Shown here: positions 39,244 through 48,957 of the stretch, in pieces | Layout: every line of letters starts with the position of its first letter | Position numbering within the stretch: the first letter of the stretch is position 1 | NCBI GenBank assembly: GCA_017468425.1 | Contig: JAFUIO010000020.1 | Span: forward strand, 93,185-157,184 | DNA length: 64,000 nt | Direction of reading: 5' to 3' | Source of the DNA: Clostridia bacterium | GTDB taxonomy: Bacteria; Bacillota; Clostridia; Oscillospirales; Acutalibacteraceae | Made by a program: the position numbers and the translations under genes | The notes under the pieces: generated by a model | Told to the model about the DNA's origin: nothing | The model's input: only the letters and a program-made list of their open reading frames with translations | The model's database searches: none

Positions 39244-41883
39244 ATGAAATGGACAGGTCTTAATGAACTTCGCGAGAAGTATCTCGCATTTTTTGAAAGC
39301 AAAGATCATCTTCGTTTGCCTTCATTCTCACTTGTGCCTCAGGGCGATAAGAGCCTTCTTCTTATCAACTCAGGTATGGCACCTATGAAAAAGTATTTCA
39401 CAGGCGAAGTAACACCTCCCAGAAACCGTGTTACTACTTGCCAGAAATGTATCAGAACACCTGATATTGAACGTGTTGGTAAAACTGCACGACATGGAAC
39501 ATATTTTGAAATGCTCGGTAACTTCTCATTCGGCGATTATTTCAAGAATGAAGCAACTGCATGGGCTTGGGAATTCTTTACAAAAGTTCTCGAAATTCCT
39601 GAAGACAAGCTTTATTGCAGTATCTATGAAGAAGACGATGAAGCATTTGATATCTGGACACAGAAGGTAGGCGTTGACCCCAGCCATATCGTAAGACTCG
39701 GTAAAGAAGATAACTTCTGGGAACACGGTGCAGGTCCTTGCGGTCCTTGCTCTGAAATCTATTTTGACCGTGGAGAAAAACACGGTTGCGGTTCACCTGA
39801 TTGTGCAGTAGGCTGTGAATGTGACAGATTTATTGAAGTATGGAACCTTGTGTTCACACAGTTCTCAAACGATGGCGAAGGAAATTACTCAAAACTTGAC
39901 CGTTGTAATATCGATACAGGTATGGGTCTTGAAAGACTTGCTTGTGTAATGCAGGATGTTGACAACCTCTTTGAAGTTGACACTGTACAGAACATTATGA
40001 AACACATAATGGAAATTTCAAAAATCAAATATCATGATAACGAAAAAACTGATATTTCACTTCGTGTTATTACAGACCACATCCGTTCAACAACATTTAT
40101 GATCGGTGACGGTGTAATGCCTTCAAATGAAGGCAAAGGTTATGTTCTTCGTCGTCTCCTCAGACGTGCAGCAAGACATGGCAAACTTATCGGTATTGAC
40201 AAGCCCTTCCTTTATGAAGTTTGTGATACTGTAATTAAAGAGAATGAATCAGCATATCCCAACCTTGTTGAAAAACGCGATTTCATCGTAAAAATTATCA
40301 AGATTGAGGAAGAAAACTTCAATAAAACAATTGACTCAGGTATGCAGCTTCTTAATACTATGATTGAAAACACTGAGAACAATATTCTTTCAGGTGAAGA
40401 TGCATTCAAACTTTCAGATACTTATGGTTTCCCCATCGACCTTACGAAAGAAATCCTTGAAGAAAAAGGTATGAGTGTTGACGAAGATAAGTTCAAAGAC
40501 CTTGTTCTTGAGCAAAGAAACCGTTCAAGGGATGCACGTAAAGATGCAGGTGCAGAAGCATGGAAAGACAGTGGTGTTGTAACAAAGGGTATTCCTGCAA
40601 CAGATTTTGTAGGTTATACAGAGTTTGAAAATGATGCTGAAGTTATCGCTCTTATTTCTGCAGGTGAAAGAAAAGAATTTATAGAAAACGGCGAAGAAGC
40701 TGTTTTAGTTCTCGATAAAACTTCATTCTATGCTGAAAGCGGTGGTCAGGTTGGCGACACAGGTGTGATTTCACTTGGCGAAACAGTGTTTGAAGTAATT
40801 GATACAAAGAAAACACACGATGGTGTATTCCTTCATTACGGTTCAATTGTTGAAGGTGACGGAATCAAACTTGGCGATAAAGTAAAGGCTGTTATCAACA
40901 AAGAAGAAAGACTTTCAATTATGCGTAACCACACAGCTGCTCATCTTCTTCAGGCTGCATTAAGAAAGACTCTTGGCACTCATGTTGAACAGGCAGGTCA
41001 GCTTGTAAACAAAGATGCGGTTCGTTTTGACTTTACTCATTTCTCAGCACTTTCAGCTGAAGAAATTGCAGAAGTTGAAAAGATTGTAAATGAAGAAATC
41101 CTTTCAGCAGCAGAAGTTTCAATGACAGAAATGCCCATTGAAGAAGCAAAGAAAATCGGCGCTATGGCATTGTTCGGTGAAAAATACGGTGATGTTGTAA
41201 GAGTTGTTAGAGCAGGTGAATATTCAACTGAACTTTGTGGCGGTACACATGTTTCTTCAACAGGCAACCTTGGCCTTTTCAAAATTGTAAGTGAATCTTC
41301 TGTTGCAGCAGGTGTAAGACGTATTGAGGCTGTAACAGGTAATGGTGTTCTTGAATTCATTACAAAGAAACTCGCTCTTATCGCTAACACTGCAGAGACC
41401 CTTAAACTTGCAAATGTAAACGACCTTGATAAACGTGCTGAAAGCGTTATGGCTGAAATGAAAGATAAAGACAGAGAAATTTCTAAACTTTCATCTGAAC
41501 TTTCATCAATTAAAGCAAACAGCCTTTCATCATCAGCTAAAGATGTTGCAGGCGTTAAACTTATTGCAACAATTGTTGAAGATATGTCAGCAGATGATCT
41601 TCGCTCTATGTGTGAAGCTCTTCGTGACACAAGCGATGACGCAGTTATTGTTGTAGGTAATAAAAACAAAGAAAAAGGTAATGTTAATTTCGCTTGCGGA
41701 TGTGCTAAAGGTGCAATTGCAAAAGGTATGAATGCAGGTAACATCGTGCGCGAAGTTGCTCGTCTTGCAGGCGGTTCCGGTGGCGGACGTCCTGATTTTG
41801 CAATGGCAGGCGGTAAAGATATATCAAAAGCTGAAGAAGCAATTGCAGGTGTTGAAGCAATTGTTACTTCAATGGCAAGATAA
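39244..41883 (+). CDS. alaS: Alanine--tRNA ligase
   Basis: 879 aa. FTNAGM-like SGMAPMKKYF, FEMLGNFSFGDYFK, and editing-domain HTAAHLL...CGGTHV. Confidence 0.95.
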   Translation: MKWTGLNELREKYLAFFESKDHLRLPSFSLVPQGDKSLLLINSGMAPMKKYFTGEVTPPRNRVTTCQKCIRTPDIERVGKTARHGTYFEMLGNFSFGDYFKNEATAWAWEFFTKVLEIPEDKLYCSIYEEDDEAFDIWTQKVGVDPSHIVRLGKEDNFWEHGAGPCGPCSEIYFDRGEKHGCGSPDCAVGCECDRFIEVWNLVFTQFSNDGEGNYSKLDRCNIDTGMGLERLACVMQDVDNLFEVDTVQNIMKHIMEISKIKYHDNEKTDISLRVITDHIRSTTFMIGDGVMPSNEGKGYVLRRLLRRAARHGKLIGIDKPFLYEVCDTVIKENESAYPNLVEKRDFIVKIIKIEEENFNKTIDSGMQLLNTMIENTENNILSGEDAFKLSDTYGFPIDLTKEILEEKGMSVDEDKFKDLVLEQRNRSRDARKDAGAEAWKDSGVVTKGIPATDFVGYTEFENDAEVIALISAGERKEFIENGEEAVLVLDKTSFYAESGGQVGDTGVISLGETVFEVIDTKKTHDGVFLHYGSIVEGDGIKLGDKVKAVINKEERLSIMRNHTAAHLLQAALRKTLGTHVEQAGQLVNKDAVRFDFTHFSALSAEEIAEVEKIVNEEILSAAEVSMTEMPIEEAKKIGAMALFGEKYGDVVRVVRAGEYSTELCGGTHVSSTGNLGLFKIVSESSVAAGVRRIEAVTGNGVLEFITKKLALIANTAETLKLANVNDLDKRAESVMAEMKDKDREISKLSSELSSIKANSLSSSAKDVAGVKLIATIVEDMSADDLRSMCEALRDTSDDAVIVVGNKNKEKGNVNFACGCAKGAIAKGMNAGNIVREVARLAGGSGGGRPDFAMAGGKDISKAEEAIAGVEAIVTSMAR

Positions 41884-41902
41884 TTGAAGGGAAGTTTAAA
41901 CT

Positions 41903-42244
41903 ATGGATTGCTTATTTTGTAAAATAATTGCAGCTGAAATTCCGTCAAAGAAAGCATATGAAGATGAACTTGTATATGCATTTCATGATATTGACCCTCA
42001 GGCACCTGTCCATATTCTCATTATCCCGAAAGAACATATTAAATCTGCTGACGAAATTACAGCAGAAAACAGTTCTGTTGTAGCTCACATTTTTGAGGTT
42101 GCTGCAAAATTAGCTAAAGAAAACAATTTGTCAGCTGACGGATACAGAATCGTTACTAACATCGGAGAAGCTGGCGGACAGACTGTAAAACATCTTCATT
42201 TCCATCTTATGGGAGGAAGAAACTTTACCTGGCCTGCAGGCTGA
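41903..42244 (+). CDS. HIT-family (histidine triad) nucleotide hydrolase
   Basis: HLHFHLMGG triad motif. Confidence 0.9.
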   Translation: MDCLFCKIIAAEIPSKKAYEDELVYAFHDIDPQAPVHILIIPKEHIKSADEITAENSSVVAHIFEVAAKLAKENNLSADGYRIVTNIGEAGGQTVKHLHFHLMGGRNFTWPAG

Positions 42245-42274
42245 TTCAAATTAGTTTATCGGAGCTGAAATCAA

Positions 42275-44449
42275 ATGGAAAAAAGACCGCTCGGAATTAT
42301 CGGCGCAATATTTTTCTTGACTATGGTCGTTTTATCGCGATTTGGTCTTGAAAAATCAATATATATTTTGCCGTTATTTCTCATTGCGGTCTTTTTCGTT
42401 TTTCTTAAGCAGAGTAAGATAAAGTATTTCATTCTTATATCATCAGCGATTTTTTGTGCGTGTATAATTTTTTCTGTTACTGACAGGAATTTTACAGTTA
42501 AAGAAGAATATTTTTCAGGAAAAAATATTTCAGTTGAAGGTGTATTATATCAAAAACCGTATTTTAACGGAGAGAATTATATACTTTATGTTGAAACTGA
42601 TAAAGTAAACAATCAGGAAGTATCAATGAAAATAAGAGTAAAATCGCTGACTTTGCCTGAAAAAGCGACTTTATATAATAAAGTAAAGTTAAAGGCGAAT
42701 TTATACAAAACAGATTCGCTTGATGATGGTGTTAAGTCCTCATACAGAGCAAAAGGCATAGTGTTAACCGGTAGCTGTGCAGGTAATTCATTATCGGCAT
42801 ATGAGAATCACAATAAACCTTTAAATTATCATCTGTTGTCATACAAATATAAACTGACAGATTTGTTGTGGAATATTTTGCCAAATGATGTCGGAGCTTT
42901 TATTGCAGGAATTGTTTTTGGTGAAAAGGATTTACTTTCCTCTGAACTGAATTCTGAATTCAGGATAACAGGCACTTCGCATATTCTTGTTGTATCCGGT
43001 CTGCATGTTGCAATATGGTCCGGCTTTATATATTATTTGCTCAAAAAACTTATGTCAGCAAAAGCAGCAACTGTAATTTCAATTGCATTTATTCTGTTGT
43101 TTATGGCTTTTACAGGATTTACTCCGTCTGTAGTACGAGCAGGTGTTATGATGATTATTCATTATCTTGCTGTGATGTGTGGTGAAAGACCTGATTCGCT
43201 GAATACTCTGGGAATTGCTGCTTTGATAATTTCTGTTTTATCTCCGTTTTCAGTGTATAGTGTAGGAACAGTATTTTCTTTCGCTTCGGTTCTTGGTATA
43301 CTGTTGATGAATGAATATATTAACCCAACAGTTAAAAGATTAATTTCGCATATAAAACCGAAGATTATAAGAAAAATTGTTGATTTTATAATCAGTACTG
43401 TTCTTGTTACATTGTCAGCGCAGATTTTTACATTTCCGGTATCGGTTTTGTATAATATTGATTTTTCTTTTATCAGTGTCATATCGAATTTCTTTATAAC
43501 AGTTTTTTCCACTATTGCAATGGTTTGCGGAGGTTTTGGCACAATATTATTATCTTTTGCACCGGATTTTTTGCTGACGAAAATTCTTTTAGGCACTTCA
43601 ATTATATCTTCTGAATTTATTTTACATATTATTGATAAACTGTCTGTTTACGATTTTCTTTATCAGAATGTTACAACGTTTGAGAATTATTTGTTTATAA
43701 TCTTAACCGGCACACTGCTGTTTTTGCTTCCGTTTATAAATATTTCTTCCAAAAAGAAATACAGTATTTTAGCAATGTTACTTGTGCCGATTGCCTTAAT
43801 TTCATATTTGTTACCGGCAGCGTATAAAAGTAATTCAGTAGAATTTGCAGTAATTGATGTCGGTGACGGTATGTGTGCAACTTTTACTCACAACGGTGAA
43901 ACGGTTATGCTCGGCTGTGGCGGTAATGATTATCAACTGCAGAATATTACTGATTATTTGGAAATACGAAAAGCAGACAAAATCAAAGCACTTTATCTAC
44001 CTGTTGACAAAAATGCAAAACTTGTGTCTTTTGCGGGTAAGATTAATGATGAAATAGATGTTGAATCTGTTGTGACTTCATCTGACTACAAATTTTCTTT
44101 TGTTTCGGAAAACTATACTTCTGCTGATTATGTTGCAGCTGAGTATTTTCTCGGCAAATTAAGAATTGATTATTTTACAGATAAAAATTGTTCTTTTGCT
44201 CTTGCAACGGTTGGAAAAACGAGAATTCTGATTAATTTTTACGGAAGTTTAAAAGAAGAAATTTTACCGTACAGTTGTATCAACCCTGATATTTATGTTA
44301 CAATGTATTCAAACACATTTAAAACTGATTTTTCAGCAACAGAGAAATATGTAGTTTCTTCTGAAAATTCAGGTTTTGTGCCTGAAAGTGCTGACAGTAT
44401 ACATTTCACAGCGAATGATTCTGATTATATCAAAGTATTAAAACCCTAA
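42275..44449 (+). CDS. comEC: ComEC/Rec2 DNA-internalisation channel protein
   Basis: Competence-domain motif ITGTSHILVVSGLHV and many TM segments. The C-terminal MBL-like region lacks the His motif. Confidence 0.8.
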   Translation: MEKRPLGIIGAIFFLTMVVLSRFGLEKSIYILPLFLIAVFFVFLKQSKIKYFILISSAIFCACIIFSVTDRNFTVKEEYFSGKNISVEGVLYQKPYFNGENYILYVETDKVNNQEVSMKIRVKSLTLPEKATLYNKVKLKANLYKTDSLDDGVKSSYRAKGIVLTGSCAGNSLSAYENHNKPLNYHLLSYKYKLTDLLWNILPNDVGAFIAGIVFGEKDLLSSELNSEFRITGTSHILVVSGLHVAIWSGFIYYLLKKLMSAKAATVISIAFILLFMAFTGFTPSVVRAGVMMIIHYLAVMCGERPDSLNTLGIAALIISVLSPFSVYSVGTVFSFASVLGILLMNEYINPTVKRLISHIKPKIIRKIVDFIISTVLVTLSAQIFTFPVSVLYNIDFSFISVISNFFITVFSTIAMVCGGFGTILLSFAPDFLLTKILLGTSIISSEFILHIIDKLSVYDFLYQNVTTFENYLFIILTGTLLFLLPFINISSKKKYSILAMLLVPIALISYLLPAAYKSNSVEFAVIDVGDGMCATFTHNGETVMLGCGGNDYQLQNITDYLEIRKADKIKALYLPVDKNAKLVSFAGKINDEIDVESVVTSSDYKFSFVSENYTSADYVAAEYFLGKLRIDYFTDKNCSFALATVGKTRILINFYGSLKEEILPYSCINPDIYVTMYSNTFKTDFSATEKYVVSSENSGFVPESADSIHFTANDSDYIKVLKP

Positions 44450-44460
44450 GGAGTTAAATT

Positions 44461-45516
44461 ATGCCTGAGATTTTTGAAAATGACATAAAACTTCATATCA
44501 AAAACCGCGAATTTTCAAATCTGTATTTTATCTATGGAAATGAACCGTATCTGAAAGATTTTTATGTAAATAAAATTATTGAAAAATCAGTCAACAAAGA
44601 TTTTTCAATGTTTAATCTCCATGTGTTTGACGGTGAAGAATCAACACTTGATGATGTTGCATCTTGCTGCGAGTCATTGCCGATGATGGATGAGCACTGT
44701 TGTGTTGTTGTTAAGGATTACAGGTTTGATAAATCCGGTGAGGAAGACAGAAAGCATATAGAAATGATAATTTCCGATTTACCTGAAACAACTGTGCTTG
44801 TTTTCTGGATGCAGAATACTGAAGTTGACGCAAAAAAGAATGATAAGTGGAAGAAAACACTTAATCTGATGAATAAATACGGGAGCACAATTTTACTTGA
44901 CAAGAAAACCCGTAGTGCACTTGTGAAACTTCTTGTATCAGGAGCAAACAAGAGAGATTGCACTTTATCTTCTCAGAATGCTGAATATCTTATTAATCTC
45001 GTCGGAGATGATATGAACAATCTTCTTAATGAGCTTGAAAAGCTTTGCTTCTTTGCAGATAAAAGTGAAATTACAAAAAATCATATTGAAACACTGGCTG
45101 TCAGATCGGTTTCTGTGCGTGTGTTTGACCTTGCAACAGATATTGTTCAGGGCAGAAATGAAAAGGCATTTGAAGTTCTTAAAACATTGCTTTCGCAGAA
45201 AGAAGAACCTATTAATATAAACAGTCAGCTTATAAATGCGTATGTCGACATTTACAGAGCAAAGGTTTTTATTGCTGCAGGTGAAAGAGCTGACGGTGCT
45301 GCGAAATACTATAACTATCAGAACAAGTCCTTCAGACTCAATAATGCTGCAAGAGACGCTTCGAAAATTGATATATCTGCAATCAGAGTATGTCTTGAAA
45401 TACTTGCACAGGCAGATAATAAACTCAAAAGTTCAGCTGTCAATAAAGGCTTGATTCTTGAACAGACAATAGTTAAACTTATTTTGGCTGCTAATGGCGA
45501 AAGGGTAACAATATAA
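44461..45516 (+). CDS. holA: DNA polymerase III delta subunit
   Basis: Size, position downstream of comEC, and an N-terminal YFIYGNEPYL-type clamp-loader region. Confidence 0.75.
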   Translation: MPEIFENDIKLHIKNREFSNLYFIYGNEPYLKDFYVNKIIEKSVNKDFSMFNLHVFDGEESTLDDVASCCESLPMMDEHCCVVVKDYRFDKSGEEDRKHIEMIISDLPETTVLVFWMQNTEVDAKKNDKWKKTLNLMNKYGSTILLDKKTRSALVKLLVSGANKRDCTLSSQNAEYLINLVGDDMNNLLNELEKLCFFADKSEITKNHIETLAVRSVSVRVFDLATDIVQGRNEKAFEVLKTLLSQKEEPININSQLINAYVDIYRAKVFIAAGERADGAAKYYNYQNKSFRLNNAARDASKIDISAIRVCLEILAQADNKLKSSAVNKGLILEQTIVKLILAANGERVTI

Positions 45517-46109
45517 TGATTAAAATTAAAGAGGCCGTTATTGTTGAAGGGAAATATGATAAAATCAAACTTTCTTCAATTATAGATGCACCTATAATTA
45601 CCACAGATGGGTTTTCAATATTCAAAGATAAAGAAAAACAGAAATTTATCAGAAATCTTGCTGAAAAGCGCGGTATTCTTATTCTTACAGACAGCGATTC
45701 TGCGGGTCTTATGATTCGTTCGTTTCTTGGCGGAAGTATAAAAAAAGAATATATCAAGCACGCATATATTCCGGAACTTTACGGTAAAGAAAAACGCAAA
45801 GCACAGGCATCTGCTGAAGGATTGCTTGGTGTTGAAGGTGTACGTGACAGTGTCATTATTGACTGCCTTGAAAGGGCAGGGGTAACCGCTGAAAGTTCTC
45901 AGAATACAGGAGAATCGATAACTAAAATTGATTTATATGATGATGGATTTTTCGGCAGAGAGAATTGTACTGAAAAAAGAAAATTGTTGCTTGAAAAAGT
46001 GTCTCTTCCATCGAAACTTTCAACAAATGCACTTGTACAGATGTTGAACGTATTTTTAACTAAAGATGAATATAAAAAAATTGTGAAGGAGATTGAGGAT
46101 ACTTTATGA
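45516..46109 (+). CDS. Toprim-domain protein (DUF4093 / RNase M5-like)
   Basis: VIVEGKYD ... ILTDSDSAG Toprim acidic motifs. Confidence 0.65.
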   Translation: MIKIKEAVIVEGKYDKIKLSSIIDAPIITTDGFSIFKDKEKQKFIRNLAEKRGILILTDSDSAGLMIRSFLGGSIKKEYIKHAYIPELYGKEKRKAQASAEGLLGVEGVRDSVIIDCLERAGVTAESSQNTGESITKIDLYDDGFFGRENCTEKRKLLLEKVSLPSKLSTNALVQMLNVFLTKDEYKKIVKEIEDTL

Positions 46110-46573
46110 GAATCGGACACGGATATGATGTACACAAATTAACTGAAAACAGAAAATTAATTCTCGGCGGCGTTGAAATTGAATACGAAAAAGGTTTACT
46201 CGGTCACTCTGATGCTGACGTGTTACTTCACGCTATCAGCGATGCACTTCTTGGCGCTGCAGCTATGGGTGATATCGGAAAACTTTTTCCGGATAATGAT
46301 GAACGTTTTCATAATGCGGATAGCAGAAAGCTGCTTGAAGTTGTTGTATCAAAGCTTAAAGAAAACGGATATAAAATTATTAACATCGACTCAACAATTA
46401 TTGCACAGCGTCCGAAACTCGCTCCTTTTATCGACACTATGCGTGCAAATATTGCAGAAAGCTGCGGTATAGATGTTTCCTTTGTGAGTGTAAAGGCAAC
46501 TACTGAAGAAAAGTTAGGATTTACGGGTGAAGGTCTCGGAATCTCATCTCACGCTGTTGTTCTGATAGATTGA
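46106..46573 (+). CDS. ispF: 2-C-methyl-D-erythritol 2,4-cyclodiphosphate synthase
   Basis: [12 protein letters not shown] ... [11 protein letters not shown] motif. Confidence 0.95.
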   Translation: MRIGHGYDVHKLTENRKLILGGVEIEYEKGLLGHSDADVLLHAISDALLGAAAMGDIGKLFPDNDERFHNADSRKLLEVVVSKLKENGYKIINIDSTIIAQRPKLAPFIDTMRANIAESCGIDVSFVSVKATTEEKLGFTGEGLGISSHAVVLID

Positions 46574-46638
46574 CAGATAGCAAAATTCACTCATTTTAAT
46601 ATAATGATAGTGATATCATTATGAAGTGGGGTGAATTA

Positions 46639-46869
46639 ATGGACAAAGCCTACGTTAAGGTGAAATCTATAACACACGCTATAAAAGCTAAAGATATTTT
46701 GATTTCCAACGGTTTCAGAGCACAGGTTCTGCGAAATACTGTGCAGAATCCCGGAGAAAGCTGTGGTTATGCCGTAACTTTCAGTGGCGATATTAATATG
46801 GCTGAAACTATTCTCCGTAATAATCATATTAAATTTTCCGGCTCAGGCATAATCCGCAATACGCTATGA
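46639..46869 (+). CDS. DUF3343-like small protein (putative S/Se carrier-like)
   Basis: About 76 aa. The KSITHAIKAKDIL...GCGYAV pattern and position immediately upstream of a class-V desulfurase fit DUF3343. Confidence 0.5.
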   Translation: MDKAYVKVKSITHAIKAKDILISNGFRAQVLRNTVQNPGESCGYAVTFSGDINMAETILRNNHIKFSGSGIIRNTL

Positions 46870-48014
46870 TTTATCTTGATAACAGTGCCACGACTTATCC
46901 AAAACCGTTAGCTGTGCAAAAATCATTACAAACATCGCCGATGCTTTTTGGTGCAAATCCGGGCAGAGGCGGATATAAAATGAGTACTGATACTGCAAAT
47001 GAGATTTATAAAGTACGAAGTCTGATTGCTGAAATGTTTAATGCTGAAACTGAAGAAAATGTTGTTTTCACATCAAACTGCACACATTCACTGAATCTTG
47101 CTATTAAAGGTTTAGCCAAAACAGGTGGTCACGCGGTTACTTCTTGTTTAGAGCATAATTCTGTAATGCGACCTTTGAATAAACTATGTGAAAATGGTAA
47201 TTTCAGTTATGATGTTGCCAATGTTTTTTCGGATGAAAACAAAACCGTTGCAAGTTTTGAAAGTAAAATCCGCAGCAATACTGATTTTATTGTATGCACT
47301 TATGCATCAAATGTTTTTGGTGATATTCTCCCGGTAAGAAAAATAGGTGAACTTGCGGCAAAATATAATATTCCGCTGATTGTTGACGCTGCACAGGCAG
47401 CCGGAATAATTGATATAGATATTAAACGCGATAATATTTCGTGTCTTTGCATGCCGGGACACAAAGGGCTTTACGGACCTGCAGGGACAGGCGTTCTTTT
47501 ATTGTCAGATGATTGTTTGCCTGATACAATAATTGAGGGTGGCACCGGCAGCGAAAGTACAGATTTTTCCCAACCGATTTTTTTGCCTGACCGTTTTGAA
47601 AGCGGCACACAGAATACTTTGGGTATTATTGCTCTCGGCAAAGGTATTGAGTTTGTCAGAAGAAAAAAATTGTCGTATATTAGAGAGCACGAAAATGAAT
47701 TAATAAATATTTTTTATCGTTATTGTATTGATGCCGATTTTATATATGTCTATAACAGGTTCAACAGTGAAAATTTTGTGCCTGTTTTATCATTTAATTT
47801 AATTGGTATACCGTCAGAAAAAACTGCTGATATTCTTGCAGAGAACAATATTGCAGTCAGAGGTGGTTTTCACTGCAACATTTCAGCACATCAATATTAC
47901 AAAACGGAATTAACAGGTACTGTCAGAGTGTCTGTTTCTGCGTTCAATACAAAAAAAGACATTTTATATCTTACGAATTGTTTAAATAAAATTGCCAAAT
48001 TCAAAAAAGTGTGA
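46866..48014 (+). CDS. Class-V aminotransferase-fold cysteine desulfurase / selenocysteine lyase family protein
   Basis: YLDNSATTYPKP, PLP-lysine context PGHKGLYGP, and C-terminal GGFHC. Confidence 0.75.
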   Translation: MIYLDNSATTYPKPLAVQKSLQTSPMLFGANPGRGGYKMSTDTANEIYKVRSLIAEMFNAETEENVVFTSNCTHSLNLAIKGLAKTGGHAVTSCLEHNSVMRPLNKLCENGNFSYDVANVFSDENKTVASFESKIRSNTDFIVCTYASNVFGDILPVRKIGELAAKYNIPLIVDAAQAAGIIDIDIKRDNISCLCMPGHKGLYGPAGTGVLLLSDDCLPDTIIEGGTGSESTDFSQPIFLPDRFESGTQNTLGIIALGKGIEFVRRKKLSYIREHENELINIFYRYCIDADFIYVYNRFNSENFVPVLSFNLIGIPSEKTADILAENNIAVRGGFHCNISAHQYYKTELTGTVRVSVSAFNTKKDILYLTNCLNKIAKFKKV

Positions 48015-48054
48015 TATTATATAAGTACTTTAAAAAATATGGGAGTTAACAGTT

Positions 48055-48957
48055 ATGTTCTTGGAAACAATTTCTGAATATGCGTTAAAACTGAGAAATA
48101 TATTTTTGTCTTTTGACATCACAGATTTACTGGATATTCTTCTTGTTGCGTTTATTATATATCAGGCTATAAAACTTTTACGTGATACAAGGGCTTTTCA
48201 GCTTATTAAAGGTTTGCTGTTTGTGCTTGTGGCGTTTGGTATTATTATGGCTCTTGATATGCAGGCAAGTGAATATATTTTTAAAACACTTTTTTCAAAC
48301 CTTATTCTTGTGCTTATTATTCTTTTCAGCCCTGAAATCAGACATGCTCTTGAAACGGCGGGCAGAAACGGATTAAAAAGCTTTGCCAAACGTTTCTTTG
48401 TAAAGGGTGACAGAGTAGAAAGCAACAGTAAAATTAAAACTGCAGTATCTGAATTTGTAAAATCAGTTTCGAATATGAGCGAAAACAAAGTCGGTTCGCT
48501 AACTGTTTTTGAAAGAAAAACACTTCTTGGTGAAATTATAAAAACAGGTACTGTAATTGATGCAGCAGCAACTTCACAGATGTTTGGTAATGTGTTTTTC
48601 CCGAATTCACCATTGCATGATGGTGCTGCTATAGTGCGTGAGGGCAGAATACATGCTGCAGGCTGCATTCTTCCTCTTACGCAGAATAATAATGTGAATA
48701 AAGAATTAGGAACTCGTCATAGAGCAGCAATTGGTATGAGTGAGCAGAGTGATGCTTTACTTGTTATTACAAGCGAGGAAACAGGTATTATTTCTGTTGC
48801 AGAAAAGGGTAACCTTGTGCGTAACTTGACTCCTGAAGAACTTGAGGAAATTCTTATTAAAGGTCTCATAACGGAAAAGAAAGAAAAAGGTAATATTGAA
48901 TCTTTCTTGGAGTTTACAAAAAACAGAATGGGAGGTATGTTTGATGAAAAGAAATAA
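48055..48957 (+). CDS. cdaA: Diadenylate cyclase (membrane-anchored, CdaA-type)
   Basis: Three N-terminal TM helices. DisA_N motifs DGAAIV, GTRHRAA and SEETG. Confidence 0.9.
   Translation: MFLETISEYALKLRNIFLSFDITDLLDILLVAFIIYQAIKLLRDTRAFQLIKGLLFVLVAFGIIMALDMQASEYIFKTLFSNLILVLIILFSPEIRHALETAGRNGLKSFAKRFFVKGDRVESNSKIKTAVSEFVKSVSNMSENKVGSLTVFERKTLLGEIIKTGTVIDAAATSQMFGNVFFPNSPLHDGAAIVREGRIHAAGCILPLTQNNNVNKELGTRHRAAIGMSEQSDALLVITSEETGIISVAEKGNLVRNLTPEELEEILIKGLITEKKEKGNIESFLEFTKNRMGGMFDEKK

Noticed and set aside
38974-39309. 111-aa minus-strand ORF upstream of alaS.
   Set aside because: It is antisense to the T-box leader and the alaS start, and shows no coding signal or RBS.
41037-41744. 235-aa minus-strand ORF inside alaS.
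   Set aside because: The translation is rich in Ser, Ala, Leu and Ile, with low complexity typical of the antisense frame of a highly expressed gene. alaS coding on the + strand is unambiguous.
46603-46622. Hairpin TAATGATA-GTGA-TATCATTA after ispF, considered as a terminator.
   Set aside because: It has an AT-only 8-bp stem and no U-tract. It overlaps the region just upstream of the next gene and is more likely incidental.
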